The notes: generated by a model from the letters alone, not told the origin. A DNA stretch of 64,000 bases from an uncultured Thermoanaerobaculia bacterium (GCA_964552395.1 CAZKGM010000008.1:24063-88062), one strand, 5' to 3'. Positions 17,703-27,626 are shown, counted from the stretch's first letter. Program-made: numbers and translations.

Positions 17703-20315
17703 ATGGCGCATCACTTCGAGCAGGTGGAAGCTCTCGATGGGTTCCAGTACTGGAAACATCCCGGCAACGGCCTGACGGTCATCACCTGCACGACGCCGGT
17801 CGCTCCCGTCGCGAGCTTTTGTGTGGTCTACCGGGTCGGGTCGAGACACGAGGCGACGGGGCATACCGGTGCGACGCACATCCTCGAGCACCTGATGTTC
17901 AAGGGGACGGAGCGGTTCAACCGTGACCGTGGGACGGAGATTGCGCGCGTTCTGCAGCGGGTCGGCGCGTCATTCAACGCCACCACCTGGCTCGACCGCA
18001 CCAGCTACTACGAGACCGTTCCGGTCGAGCACCTGCCGCTGGCGATGGAGATCGAGGCCGACCGCATGCGCGGTGCCCTGGTTCGGGACCAGGACCTCGC
18101 GAGTGAGCGGACGGTGGTTCTGAACGAACTGGCGCGGGGCGAAAACGATGCCTTCGATCTACTGCTGAAGGCATCCTTCGGCCACGCCTTTCTCGAGCAC
18201 CCGTACCACCACCCGACGATCGGCTGGCGGTGCGACGTCGAGAACGTCTCGGCCGGCGTGCTGCGCCGCTTCTACGACACCTACTACTACCCTGACAACG
18301 CGACCGTCATGGTGGTCGGTGACATCAATGAAGAGGCGGCGCTGACCGAGGTGGAGCGGCACTTCGGAGCGATCCCGCCGGCGCCGGCGCCCGTGCCCGA
18401 GGTGCTGGCTCGTGAGAGCGAGCAGCGCGGCGAGAATCGCTTCCAGCTTCACCGTGCCGGCGAGGTCGGCTGGTTGGCGCTGTCGTGGCACATTCCGGAC
18501 GGCCTTCACGGGGATCTGCCGGCGCTGTCAGTGCTCGCGCAGGTGCTGGCCGAGGGTGTCACCTCGCGCCTGTACCAGAAGCTGGTCGAGGCCAACCTCT
18601 GCCTGAGCGTGCACGCGTTCGCGTGGCAGCTGCATGACCCGGGGCTGCTGCAGATCTTCGCGACCCTCGCCCCGGGCGTGGACCACGCACGGATCGAGGC
18701 CATGATCCGCGACGAGATCTCGGCCCTGCGCAGCGCCTCGCCGGAGACAGCCGAGGTCGAGAGAGCGAAGATCCAGGTACGGACGGATCTGGCGTTCCAC
18801 CGCGAGTCACCTGCCCGAATGGTGGCGGCGCTAACGGAGGCGGTGGCGATCGGCGACTGGCGCCGCTTCGTGCGGGAGCTCGACGAGATCCAGGCCGTGA
18901 CCGCAGAAGATGTGCGCAGGGTCGCCGAGTGCTACCTGACCGACCTCGGTCTCACGGTCGGCTGGTTCGTGCCCGAGGGTGGCGGCGGCATCGAACTGGC
19001 GACCGTTGCGCCCGCCCCGTGCTTCTATCGGGCGCCGTTTTCCGAGCGGGTAACCGTGAAGGACCTTCCCGGTCGCGCGCGTCTGGCGGTCCTTCCCAAC
19101 CCGCATGCGCCGACCGTGACGATCGCCGGGTCGCTGCTCGCAGGGCGGGCGCTGGTGGAGGACGGGCGTGCCTCTGTCGCGGCGTTCACCGCCGCCATGG
19201 CCGAGCGCGGGACTCGCCGGCGGGGGCGCCTCGAGCTGGCCCGTGAGCTGGAAGACCACGGCTTGGAGCTGGCCGTCGACGCCCCATCCGGGTCACCGAC
19301 GCTGGCGACCTTCTCGGCACAGGGTCTGGCCGAGCACCTGCCCCGACTCGCCTCGCTGCTCGCCGAGGTGCTGAGGGAGCCTACGTTCCCTTCACAGGAG
19401 CTGGAGAAGCTGCGTGAGCAGGCGCTCGGCCAGCTCGCCCGCGAGCGGCAGGAGACCTTTCCAAGGGCGTTCGCTGCACTCACCCGGCATCTGTACCCGC
19501 CGACGCATCCCCTCTTCCGTCGCACCATCGCGGAGCGGGAGCAGGAGGTGCGCGGTCTCGTGCGCGAAGATCTGGAGGCGTTCCACGGCAGTGCCTACGG
19601 CCCGGCGTCGCTGGTGATCGCAGTTGTCGGGCAGGTCGATCCCGATGACGTGCCAGCGGTCCTCGCCGATGCCTTTGACGGCTGGGAGGGGGGAGTCGCG
19701 TCTCCTCCCGGTTTCCCCGTTCCGCCACCCTGCGGTCGCGCCGAGGAGCTGATTCGCCTGTCCGACCGGCCCAACGTCGACGTTCTGCTCGGTCACGCGG
19801 CGGGGCTGCACCGCGGCAGCGCGGACTACCCGGCGGCGGTGCTGGCCAACGCCTGCCTCGGCCACTCGACGCTGACATCACGCCTCGGCCTCGAGCTCCG
19901 CGACCGGGCCGGGCTCACCTACGGCGTCTACAGTCGCTTCTTCGGCGTTGTCCACGTGCCGGGCCCGTGGGCCGTCTACCTCAGCGTGGCGCCCGAGAAC
20001 CTGCGCCGGGCGGAAGCGCTCTGCCGGTCGACGATCGAGCGCTACGTCAGCGACGGGCCGACGGACGCGGAGGTGGCGGAGGAGCGGGACGCCCAGTCGG
20101 GCTCGTACCGCGTCGGCCTGGCGACCAACAGCGGCGTCGCCCGCGAGCTGGTGACGGCGCTGACCTGCGGTCTGGACGTCGGCCTTCTCGACGACTATCC
20201 CTCCCGCCTGGCCGAGCTGTCTCGCGACGAGGTCCTCGAGGCCCTGCGCCGTCACCTGGATCCGGAGTCGCTGGTCATGACCGCCGCCGGCTCGCTCGGC
20301 GAGCAGGCCTCATAG
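17703..20315 (+). CDS. M16 (pitrilysin/insulinase) family zinc peptidase, fused double-module form
   Basis: The inverted zinc motif HXXEH is present in GATHILEHLMFKGTERF. The 870-aa length suggests a second M16-like half. Confidence 0.85.
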   Translation: MAHHFEQVEALDGFQYWKHPGNGLTVITCTTPVAPVASFCVVYRVGSRHEATGHTGATHILEHLMFKGTERFNRDRGTEIARVLQRVGASFNATTWLDRTSYYETVPVEHLPLAMEIEADRMRGALVRDQDLASERTVVLNELARGENDAFDLLLKASFGHAFLEHPYHHPTIGWRCDVENVSAGVLRRFYDTYYYPDNATVMVVGDINEEAALTEVERHFGAIPPAPAPVPEVLARESEQRGENRFQLHRAGEVGWLALSWHIPDGLHGDLPALSVLAQVLAEGVTSRLYQKLVEANLCLSVHAFAWQLHDPGLLQIFATLAPGVDHARIEAMIRDEISALRSASPETAEVERAKIQVRTDLAFHRESPARMVAALTEAVAIGDWRRFVRELDEIQAVTAEDVRRVAECYLTDLGLTVGWFVPEGGGGIELATVAPAPCFYRAPFSERVTVKDLPGRARLAVLPNPHAPTVTIAGSLLAGRALVEDGRASVAAFTAAMAERGTRRRGRLELARELEDHGLELAVDAPSGSPTLATFSAQGLAEHLPRLASLLAEVLREPTFPSQELEKLREQALGQLARERQETFPRAFAALTRHLYPPTHPLFRRTIAEREQEVRGLVREDLEAFHGSAYGPASLVIAVVGQVDPDDVPAVLADAFDGWEGGVASPPGFPVPPPCGRAEELIRLSDRPNVDVLLGHAAGLHRGSADYPAAVLANACLGHSTLTSRLGLELRDRAGLTYGVYSRFFGVVHVPGPWAVYLSVAPENLRRAEALCRSTIERYVSDGPTDAEVAEERDAQSGSYRVGLATNSGVARELVTALTCGLDVGLLDDYPSRLAELSRDEVLEALRRHLDPESLVMTAAGSLGEQAS

Positions 20316-20485
20316 CGACCTGGACGGCGGGTCCCGCGGCAGGGGGGAGAGGGCACCGTTCAGGGAGAGGCCTCGGATGTGAGACCGGATCGTGCTACTA
20401 TTCCTCTACCTGAGATATCCAGTGCGTGGAGGGGTGGGAGACCGACGCTTCGGTCGCTTCATGAACAGGTGGAAGGAGGAGCAAG

Positions 20486-20815
20486 ATGGCCACGTATGTC
20501 GAAGTCACGATCGCGTTCGAAAACGGTGTCGTGAAGTGCAGTCCGGACACGGTTCAGCTGCACTACAACAACCCATTGGGTCCGGACTCGGTGCGCTGGA
20601 TCCTCAGTACCGGGACCACCAGCCTCAAGCCGGAGTTTTCCTGGAGCCCTGACTGTCCGTTCGCGACCATGCGCGAGAACCTCAACCAGCGCGAGGTCGT
20701 GGGGACGGACAACAAGAAGGTGCAGGGCAGCTACAGCTACACCGTGAGGCTGACGAATGCTCAGGGTGAAGGAGTTGGTGGGGTAGACCCCATGATCCAG
20801 AACGAACCGTTCTAG
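20486..20815 (+). CDS. Orphan small hypothetical protein (109 aa) in a lower-GC islet
   Basis: A strong SD (GGAAGGAGGAGCAAG) immediately precedes the ATG. The composition looks like a globular protein (MATYVEVTIAFENGVVKCSPDTVQLHYNN...GSYSYTVRLTNAQGEGVGGVDPMIQNEPF). I recognise no family. Confidence 0.55.
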   Translation: MATYVEVTIAFENGVVKCSPDTVQLHYNNPLGPDSVRWILSTGTTSLKPEFSWSPDCPFATMRENLNQREVVGTDNKKVQGSYSYTVRLTNAQGEGVGGVDPMIQNEPF

Positions 20816-20978
20816 GAGCCTGTAGCACATAGAGCGAACGGCGCTATTCGGGCGGCGCGAGGTCCCGTCTTCGTTACATTCTCGGACCGTACTCGGAGTA
20901 CTGTTCCTCAAATGCGCCTCAACGGGCCACTCGCGACGCTCCGAAATCCACCATCCGCCTATGAACTACAGGCTCCTA
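20813..20978. repeat. 13-bp perfect inverted repeat (TAGGAGCCTGTAG / CTACAGGCTCCTA) bracketing 140 nt between convergent gene ends
   Basis: The arms are at 20813-20825 and 20966-20978, extendable by one more C:G pair at 20812/20979. The left arm includes the stop codon of the 109-aa ORF. The right arm ends 17 nt before the kinase stop at 20995-20997. Confidence 0.8.
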
Positions 20979-20994
20979 GCGGGCGGCCGTACGA

Positions 20995-23553
20995 TCAGCG
21001 GGCGGGCGTGCCCCCCGCGGCGGGGGCCAGGAGAGCTCGAAACTCCGGGTCGTCGCGCAGGGGCTTGAAGAACGGCAGCTCGAGCCAGCGGGGGTTGAGG
21101 CCCATCTCGACGGCCTTCTCGGCGTGGACCACAGCGGTCGTGCGGTCGCCGATGATCGCGTAGACGAGCGCCGCGTCGATGTACACCGCCGGCTCGTCGG
21201 GTGACGTCCGCAGCTCCTCCTGGACCGCCTTGACGGCCTCCCGCGCCTCGCCCAGATGCGCGAGGCACTGGGCGCGCAGGCCCCAGTAGGCCGCTTGATC
21301 GGACTCGCGAAGCGGCTTGCCGAGATCCAGGGCCTGCCGGTATGACTTGTCCGCGGCCGCCGTGTCCCCAAGCAGGAGCTGGCAGTCGCCAATGCTCATG
21401 ACCGTGATCGGCTCCTTCGGGGCGAGCTCGTGGGCGGTGCTGTAGGCATCGAGCGCCCCCGCGACCTTGCCCTGGAGGAGGCGCGCCAGGGCCAGGTTGT
21501 TGTAGTAGATCGAGGCATGGTACTCACGGGCGAGCCCGCCGAAGAGGCGCTCGGCCTCGGCCGGGTCGCCGTTCAACAGCTCGAGCTGGGCGAGCTTGGC
21601 CCGCGTGCGACGAACTCGCGGTGCGATCTTGAGGGCGTGCTGCAGGTGACGGCGCGCGTCGCCGACTCTGCCGCTGTGCAGCTCGGCCTCGGCGAGCGAC
21701 CACAGGTTGGTCACCGAAGGATAAGCTGTCACGAGCCGCTGGAGGAGCGCGAGCGCCTTTCCCGTCTGTCCCTGCCGGCGCAACAGGCCGGCGCGCAACC
21801 GCAGGGCGTCCGGGGAGCCGGGCTCCAGGCGTTCGAGCCGCGCCACAGCTGCGTTGCAAGCCTTGACGTCGCCGGCGGCGAGCGCGAGCTCGGCCTCACC
21901 GGCCACCACCCGCGGGTCCTCGGGCGCCAGCTCGTGCGCATGCCGCAGCAGGTCGCGCGCGCGGTCCTGGTAGGCGGGCTCGGCCTTCGTGATGAACAGG
22001 TAGCGTGCAATCGAGGCGGCGGTGAGGTACGGCAGCAGGAAGCGCGGGCTGGCCTCGCGCAGATGTTCGAGCGCGTCGAGGGTTTGCTCGCTGGTGACGC
22101 CGGTCGGCGGCGTCTGGTACTGACGAAGCAGATGCAGGTACTCGGTCAGCGCCTGCGGCGACGGGGGCTGGGCGCGCCCGGCCTGCCGCCTTTTCAGCTT
22201 CGGGTAGGCCTGGCGCAGGTGGGCCGCCACCGCGTCCGAGATCAGCGCGAGGTCGTCCGCGGGGACGGAGAAGGTCGAGCTCCACAGCACCGCGCCGTCG
22301 TCGCCCCGCAGGCGCCGGAGCGTTACCTGGACCGTGGCGCCGTGCCGCTCGAGGTCGGTGGTGACGACCTCGGACGCCGCCACCGCGCGCGCGATGGCCT
22401 TCGGGTCTGTGCCGGCGCTGTCGATTTCCTGGGGTGCCGGCACGGCCAGACCGCGCAGCCCGACGATGGTGTTGGTCGCGGCGGTGCGTACGGCGGTTGC
22501 GAGGAGGTCGGTCCCGTCGTCTTCCTTGCCGGCCGCCAACTGGGGCTCGAGTACGGCCACGATGCGCGGCGGTCCCGGCCTGCTCAGCCACCACCAGCCG
22601 AGGGCGGCCGCGACGGCAAGAACTGGAAGGATGCCGGCGGCCAGGAGCCACCTCTTGCGCGCTGCCCGCCGCCGCCGCGCCGCCATAGTCAGGCGCGAGA
22701 GGGAGGCATGGCCGCTGCTCGCGGTTGACCACAGCCCGGACAGCTCCCGCAGCGCAAGCGCCACCTCGAGGGCGGAGGAGGGCCGCTTGCCGGGGCTCTT
22801 CTCCAGCAGGTTCTCGATCAGGTAAGAGAGCTCCTCGGGTACCTCGGAGCCGACCTGCTCCGCCGGCGGCGGCCGGTGACGGACCACCCGTTGCATGGTG
22901 TCGAGGGGGCTCGAGCCCTGGAATGGGTGCTGTCCCGTGGTCATCTCGTACAGCAGGGAGCCGAGCGAGAACAGGTCGGAGCGGTGGTCGATGGCAACGC
23001 CCTGCGCCTGCTCCGGCGACATGGCGCGGCTGGTGCCCATGACGACGCCGTCCTCGGTCAGGCTGACCTCTCCCTCCTCGGGGTCGAGGCTCTTGGCGAG
23101 GCCGAAGTCCAGGATCTTCACCTGGCCGGTGGGTGTGATGATGATGTTCTCGCTCTTGAGGTCGCGATGGACGATCCCGTGCTGGTGAGCGGTCGCCAGC
23201 CCCTCGGCGATTTGGCGGCCGATGTCGACTGCCTGCTCGATGTCGATCGTGTGTGCGGCGAGGAGGCTCGTCAAGGAGCGTCCCTCGATGTACTCCATGA
23301 CGATGTGGTCGCGATCGCCTTCTTGCAGGATATCGAAGACCTGAGCAATGGCAGGGTGAGACAACCCGGCGGCGGCGCGGGCCTCGCGCAGGAGTCGTTC
23401 GCGGCGGTCGTCTGAAAGCTCCTTGCCGGGGTGGATCGACTTGATTGCGACGCGCCGACGCAGGCGTTCGTCCCAGGCCAGGTAGACCACCCCCATCCCG
23501 CCGCTGCCGAGGGTCTTCTCGATCCGATAGGGGCCGATGCGCTCGGTGTCCAC
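20995..23553 (-). CDS. Ser/Thr protein kinase with transmembrane segment and C-terminal TPR-repeat domain
   Basis: Hanks kinase motifs are GSGGMGVVYLA, VAIK, HRDLKSENIII, DFGLAK and SPEQ. A transmembrane helix WLLAAGILPVLAVAAALGWWWL is followed by about 450 aa of TPR-like repeats. Confidence 0.9.
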   Translation of the reverse strand: MDTERIGPYRIEKTLGSGGMGVVYLAWDERLRRRVAIKSIHPGKELSDDRRERLLREARAAAGLSHPAIAQVFDILQEGDRDHIVMEYIEGRSLTSLLAAHTIDIEQAVDIGRQIAEGLATAHQHGIVHRDLKSENIIITPTGQVKILDFGLAKSLDPEEGEVSLTEDGVVMGTSRAMSPEQAQGVAIDHRSDLFSLGSLLYEMTTGQHPFQGSSPLDTMQRVVRHRPPPAEQVGSEVPEELSYLIENLLEKSPGKRPSSALEVALALRELSGLWSTASSGHASLSRLTMAARRRRAARKRWLLAAGILPVLAVAAALGWWWLSRPGPPRIVAVLEPQLAAGKEDDGTDLLATAVRTAATNTIVGLRGLAVPAPQEIDSAGTDPKAIARAVAASEVVTTDLERHGATVQVTLRRLRGDDGAVLWSSTFSVPADDLALISDAVAAHLRQAYPKLKRRQAGRAQPPSPQALTEYLHLLRQYQTPPTGVTSEQTLDALEHLREASPRFLLPYLTAASIARYLFITKAEPAYQDRARDLLRHAHELAPEDPRVVAGEAELALAAGDVKACNAAVARLERLEPGSPDALRLRAGLLRRQGQTGKALALLQRLVTAYPSVTNLWSLAEAELHSGRVGDARRHLQHALKIAPRVRRTRAKLAQLELLNGDPAEAERLFGGLAREYHASIYYNNLALARLLQGKVAGALDAYSTAHELAPKEPITVMSIGDCQLLLGDTAAADKSYRQALDLGKPLRESDQAAYWGLRAQCLAHLGEAREAVKAVQEELRTSPDEPAVYIDAALVYAIIGDRTTAVVHAEKAVEMGLNPRWLELPFFKPLRDDPEFRALLAPAAGGTPAR

Positions 23554-23642
23554 CGTCTGACATTGTAGATGGGATCAAGCAGGCAGGTAAGACCCAGGAC
23601 CCGGCATGGCGGAGGCTGGTTCTCGTTCGTTGGCCCGCCGGC

Positions 23643-24494
23643 TCACTCCCAGTCGACCGCCAGGCTGTGGGCCTTGCCGGTCAACCTGGGCTCGATCTCC
23701 TCATGTACGATGCGCGACGCCTCGGCCAGACGATGGCGGCGCGAGGGGTGGAGGACGACGAGGTGCCGGCACCTCAGAGAGGGAGCGATCGCGAGCAGGT
23801 CGTCGAGATGGAGATGGCCGAATTCACGTGCCCGGCCACGGTCGGCAGGTCGCCAGAATGAGCACTCGAGGAGCACGACCTCGGCGTCAAGAGCCTCTGG
23901 ATGGGCCGTGAAGAGGCCGGGTCCGGTGTCGGCGGTATAGGACAGCAGCGGCAGGAGCAGCGTCTCATCCACCTCCTCGCCGGCTAGCCTGCGGCGTACG
24001 ATCTCGGCCTCTGGCAGGCCGGCGAGCTCGGGGCGAAGGTGGTGCTTTTGCCACATGAGTCGGGCGCCCAGGGTCGGCACCCAGTGATCGGTGGCGAAGA
24101 AGGCGAGCTCCATGTCCTTGCGCAGGGTGAAGACACCGCCGTCTTTGACAGGGACGACCTCCACGTCATATGGACGCCCGCCCTCGAGCTCGGCGTGCAG
24201 CTCAAGGAGGCGGCAGACGTTGTCCGCGATCGCTTCCGGAGCGAGCAGTGTGCCGTGGCGCATCGCTCCCAGGAACCGCTGACTCGCCCAGTACGCGACC
24301 GCTCCGATGTGATCGAGGTGGCCGTGGCTGACAAGCACGGTCGACATCGGCGGCAGGGCGCGGTGGGGACGCCCGGCGTCGAGGGCAAGGCGCAGCTGAG
24401 GCAGGAGGATCAGGGTTCCCTCGCCGGCCCGGGAGCCTCCGCTGATCAGCAACGGTCCCCACGAGGTCGGGAGCTCGAGCCGGCGCAGCGTCAT
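23643..24494 (-). CDS. MBL-fold metallo-hydrolase (RNase Z-like)
   Basis: The HxHxDH motif is present in VLVSHGHLDHIG. The size (283 aa) and later His/Asp positions fit the metallo-beta-lactamase fold. Confidence 0.75.
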   Translation of the reverse strand: MTLRRLELPTSWGPLLISGGSRAGEGTLILLPQLRLALDAGRPHRALPPMSTVLVSHGHLDHIGAVAYWASQRFLGAMRHGTLLAPEAIADNVCRLLELHAELEGGRPYDVEVVPVKDGGVFTLRKDMELAFFATDHWVPTLGARLMWQKHHLRPELAGLPEAEIVRRRLAGEEVDETLLLPLLSYTADTGPGLFTAHPEALDAEVVLLECSFWRPADRGRAREFGHLHLDDLLAIAPSLRCRHLVVLHPSRRHRLAEASRIVHEEIEPRLTGKAHSLAVDWE

Positions 24495-24529
24495 ACCTGT
24501 TCCTCGTCAGCCGCTCGCAGGCAGGGCGT

Positions 24530-26398
24530 TCACCGGCTTGCCTGCACCAGGTAGAAGGAGGCCCGTGATGCGTTGCCGGAGAGATCGACGCGCAGCGTCC
24601 AGTCGCTGCCGGCCTCGAGTTCGCGCGTGAAAGCCGCTGCCCCGAGAGGTCCGCGTTCGGCGCCGGTGAGGACGGCAGTGATCCTGTGACGACCCGCAGG
24701 CACCACCAGGACTCTCTTGACCTGTCCGGTGCCCGATCGCTTGATGCCGAGGAAGCCGCGACGGACAAAGTTGAAGTCGATGTTTGCCAGCGAGTTGCCA
24801 TCTGAGCCCACGCTCAGCGTTCCGGCAGAGATGGGCGAGTTGAAGTACACCGTGACGCGCGCGGTTCCGGCTCTCGGCCTCGGCGTCGGTGCGGGCGGGG
24901 AGGTCGCGGGTCGGCGGCCGACCGGCCGTGCCGAGCTGGTCGGGCGGCGCTGACGGCCATGCTCGGTGGCGAGGTCGAGGAAGCTCGCCGCGAGCTCGCT
25001 GTCCGGCTGCAGTTGGAGCGCTTGCTCGAAGCTCTCTGCCGCCCTGGCATAGCGGCCGGCACGGTACAGACGTCGACCCTCGGCAATGAGGGCGTCGACA
25101 CGGGTGCGTGTGGCGGCGCTCGTGCGCTCCTCCCGCAGCGTCTCGCGGGCCGCCCGAATCAGGCTGCGGGCGCTCCGCGACGTCGGTGCCTGGTCGATCA
25201 CCGCACGGGCGAGTTCGAGAGCCTCGGCGGGGCGGTTGTCGGTCAGTGCCTGATTCGCAGCTCGCAAGGTAGTGCCCAAGCGGTGGAGGGCGTCGATACG
25301 GGCGCCGGAGGGCGATGGCGGGGGCGGCGGCGGACGCAGGGAGGCAAGCACCGCGAGCACCGCGATGCAGACGATCACCCACGCGGCCACTATCCGCCAC
25401 ACCCACTTGGTATTGACCTGACGTCGAAGCACCTCCGGCATCGGCAGCTGCACCCACGTCGTTCTCAGGCGCTCCAACAATGAGGGCGGGGCTGCCGGTG
25501 CGGGACGCACACGGGTCTCGAGGTCGGGCGAGAAGACCGCGGTCCGTGCGAGGTCATCCGGTGTGCGCTGCACCAGCGAGCGAGCCAGCGCAGCGAGCAC
25601 GTTGGCCAGCTGGGCTGCATCCTGGAAGCGCTGCTCGGGCAGCTTCGCGAGACACTTGAGAACGACCGGGTTGAAGGCCGGAGGCAAGCCCGGCCGCAAG
25701 GTCGATGGAATCGGGCACGCCTCGTGGACGATCCTGTGCGTGACCTCGGATATGTTGGTGCCCGGGAACGGTCGCTGGCCGGTCAAGAGTTCGAACAGCA
25801 CCACCCCGGTCGAGAAGATGTCGCAGCGCCCGTCCACCGCCTTGCCGCTGATCTGCTCCGGAGACATGTAATTGGGCGTGCCGATGAACTGGCCCTCAAC
25901 GGTGAGGTTCGATGACTCGAGCCGGGCGACTCCGAAATCGGTGATCTTCGGGGTGCCATCCTCGGTGAGGATGATGTTCGCCGGCTTGATGTCGCGGTGG
26001 ACAACACCCATGCGATGCGCATAGTCGACGGCCTCAGCTACACAGGCAACGATGCGTGCGACCTCGGACGGTCGGAGACCCGCGCCCGAGGCGAGGACCT
26101 GCTTGAGGTTCCTTCCGGGCACGTACTCCATGGCGATGAACAGGAGCTCACTGTCGGCATCCTCGCCGACGTCGTGGATCGTTACGATGTTGCGGTGACT
26201 GAGGCGTCCAGCGGCCCGCGCCTCACGCAGGAACCGCTCCCGAAACTCGTCCGCCACGTCGGGGTCGATGTCGAGGCGCAGCGTCTTGAGAGCGACCTGG
26301 CGGTCAATGAGAGGATCGCGGGCGAGGTAGACGACCCCCATCGCGCCCCTGCCGAGGACTTTCAGGATCTCGTAGCGGCCCACTCTGTTGAGGCTCAC
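24530..26398 (-). CDS. Ser/Thr protein kinase with transmembrane segment and extracytoplasmic TPR-like plus beta-rich C-terminal domain
   Basis: Motifs are GRGAMGVVYLA, VALK, HRDIKPANIIL, DFGVAR and SPEQ, with the transmembrane helix VWRIVAAWVIVCIAVLAVLASL. Confidence 0.9.
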   Translation of the reverse strand: MSLNRVGRYEILKVLGRGAMGVVYLARDPLIDRQVALKTLRLDIDPDVADEFRERFLREARAAGRLSHRNIVTIHDVGEDADSELLFIAMEYVPGRNLKQVLASGAGLRPSEVARIVACVAEAVDYAHRMGVVHRDIKPANIILTEDGTPKITDFGVARLESSNLTVEGQFIGTPNYMSPEQISGKAVDGRCDIFSTGVVLFELLTGQRPFPGTNISEVTHRIVHEACPIPSTLRPGLPPAFNPVVLKCLAKLPEQRFQDAAQLANVLAALARSLVQRTPDDLARTAVFSPDLETRVRPAPAAPPSLLERLRTTWVQLPMPEVLRRQVNTKWVWRIVAAWVIVCIAVLAVLASLRPPPPPPSPSGARIDALHRLGTTLRAANQALTDNRPAEALELARAVIDQAPTSRSARSLIRAARETLREERTSAATRTRVDALIAEGRRLYRAGRYARAAESFEQALQLQPDSELAASFLDLATEHGRQRRPTSSARPVGRRPATSPPAPTPRPRAGTARVTVYFNSPISAGTLSVGSDGNSLANIDFNFVRRGFLGIKRSGTGQVKRVLVVPAGRHRITAVLTGAERGPLGAAAFTRELEAGSDWTLRVDLSGNASRASFYLVQASR

Positions 26399-26642
26399 CT
26401 CGACATTCTAGCCCGGATCACCCGGTCGGGGCTGCTGAGTAGGGCTCCCGGCTGGTCCCGGCATGATTGATCTACAGAAACTCAAGATGGGCGGGGGTTT
26501 CCCCCGATTCGATGAGCCGTTGGGACGTGCCGATCTGGCGTCGCTGGTCGGATCGGCACCGCGAAGCCCTGATGGCAGCGGAGAAGGCTTGGGCGCGATC
26601 CTTGCAAAAGGATGGACCGGCCTACTGGCCGAGGGGAGAGTC

Positions 26643-27626
26643 ATGGACGCGATTGGTGACGGAATCAAGGTGGATCGGGCGACCGCCCGACTCGGCGAGC
26701 TCCAGCGGGCGGTCGGCGAGGTCGTGGTCGGTCAGGAGCGGCTGATCGAGTCGGTGCTGGTTGGCCTGTTGTGCAACGGACACGTCCTGCTCGAGGGGGT
26801 CCCGGGGCTGGCGAAGACGCTGACCGTGCGCACGTTGGCGGGGGTTGTAGGCGGGAGCTTCCAGCGCCTGCAGTTCACACCGGACCTGCTGCCGGCCGAT
26901 GTCACCGGCACGCAGGTGTTCGATCCCAGAACGAGTGAGTTCGTGGCCCACACCGGGCCGGTCTTTGCCAACCTGGTGCTGGCGGACGAGATCAACCGGG
27001 CCCCGGCGAAGGTCCAGTCCGCACTGCTGGAAGCGATGGAGGAGAGGCAGGTCACTATCGGTGACTCCACCTTCAAGCTGCCGGTGCCGTTCCTCGTCCT
27101 GGCGACGCAGAACCCGATCGAGCAGGAGGGAACGTACCCGCTTCCGGAGGCCCAGCTCGACCGCTTCATGCTCAAAGCCCGCATCGGCTACCCGTCGCCC
27201 GAGGAGGAACGGAGAATCCTCGAGCTCCACCTCGGTGAGCGTTTCCCGACCCCCACACAGCTGGCAACCCTGGACGAGATCCGGGACCTGGCAGCGGTGG
27301 CGCGGCAGGTATACCTCGACGAACGGATCAACAGCTACATCGTGAGCCTGGTCGGAGCGAGCCGGGCACCGGGCGAGGTCGGCCTCGGCGATGTCGCACC
27401 GTTGATCGCCTACGGCGCCTCACCGCGAGCCACCATTGCGCTGGCGCAGGGGTCGCGTGCTCTGGCTCTGCTGCGCGGGAGGGCATACGCGACACCCGAG
27501 GATGTCAAGGAGCTGGCGCCGGCAGTCCTGCGGCATCGGCTCGTCCTGAGCTATGAGGCCGAGGCGGAGGGCGTTTCAGTAGAGGACATCATCGACCGAC
27601 TGCTGCTTGCGGTCGAGGTGCCATGA
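26643..27626 (+). CDS. moxR: MoxR-family AAA+ ATPase
   Basis: Walker A is LLEGVPGLAKT, Walker B is LVLADEINRAPAK, and there is a conserved ATQNPIEQEGTYPLPEAQLDRF block. The start is taken at ATG 26643 (MDAIGDG...). The listed ORF start at 26463 adds an atypical 60-aa extension. Confidence 0.9.
   Translation: MDAIGDGIKVDRATARLGELQRAVGEVVVGQERLIESVLVGLLCNGHVLLEGVPGLAKTLTVRTLAGVVGGSFQRLQFTPDLLPADVTGTQVFDPRTSEFVAHTGPVFANLVLADEINRAPAKVQSALLEAMEERQVTIGDSTFKLPVPFLVLATQNPIEQEGTYPLPEAQLDRFMLKARIGYPSPEEERRILELHLGERFPTPTQLATLDEIRDLAAVARQVYLDERINSYIVSLVGASRAPGEVGLGDVAPLIAYGASPRATIALAQGSRALALLRGRAYATPEDVKELAPAVLRHRLVLSYEAEAEGVSVEDIIDRLLLAVEVP

Noticed and set aside
15885-17891. 668-aa ORF on the minus strand in a different frame from pepF.
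   Set aside because: It has an Arg/Pro/Gly-rich nonsense composition and spans the pepF/M16 divergent promoter region. The pepF frame carries the HEXXH site and full-length collinearity.
21896-23578. 560-aa ORF 21896..23578(-) and the 432-aa ORF 21430..22728(+) overlapping the kinase-TPR gene.
   Set aside because: They are shadow frames of 20995..23553(-), which has all the Hanks kinase motifs. The alternatives are low-complexity R/G/P/A sequences.
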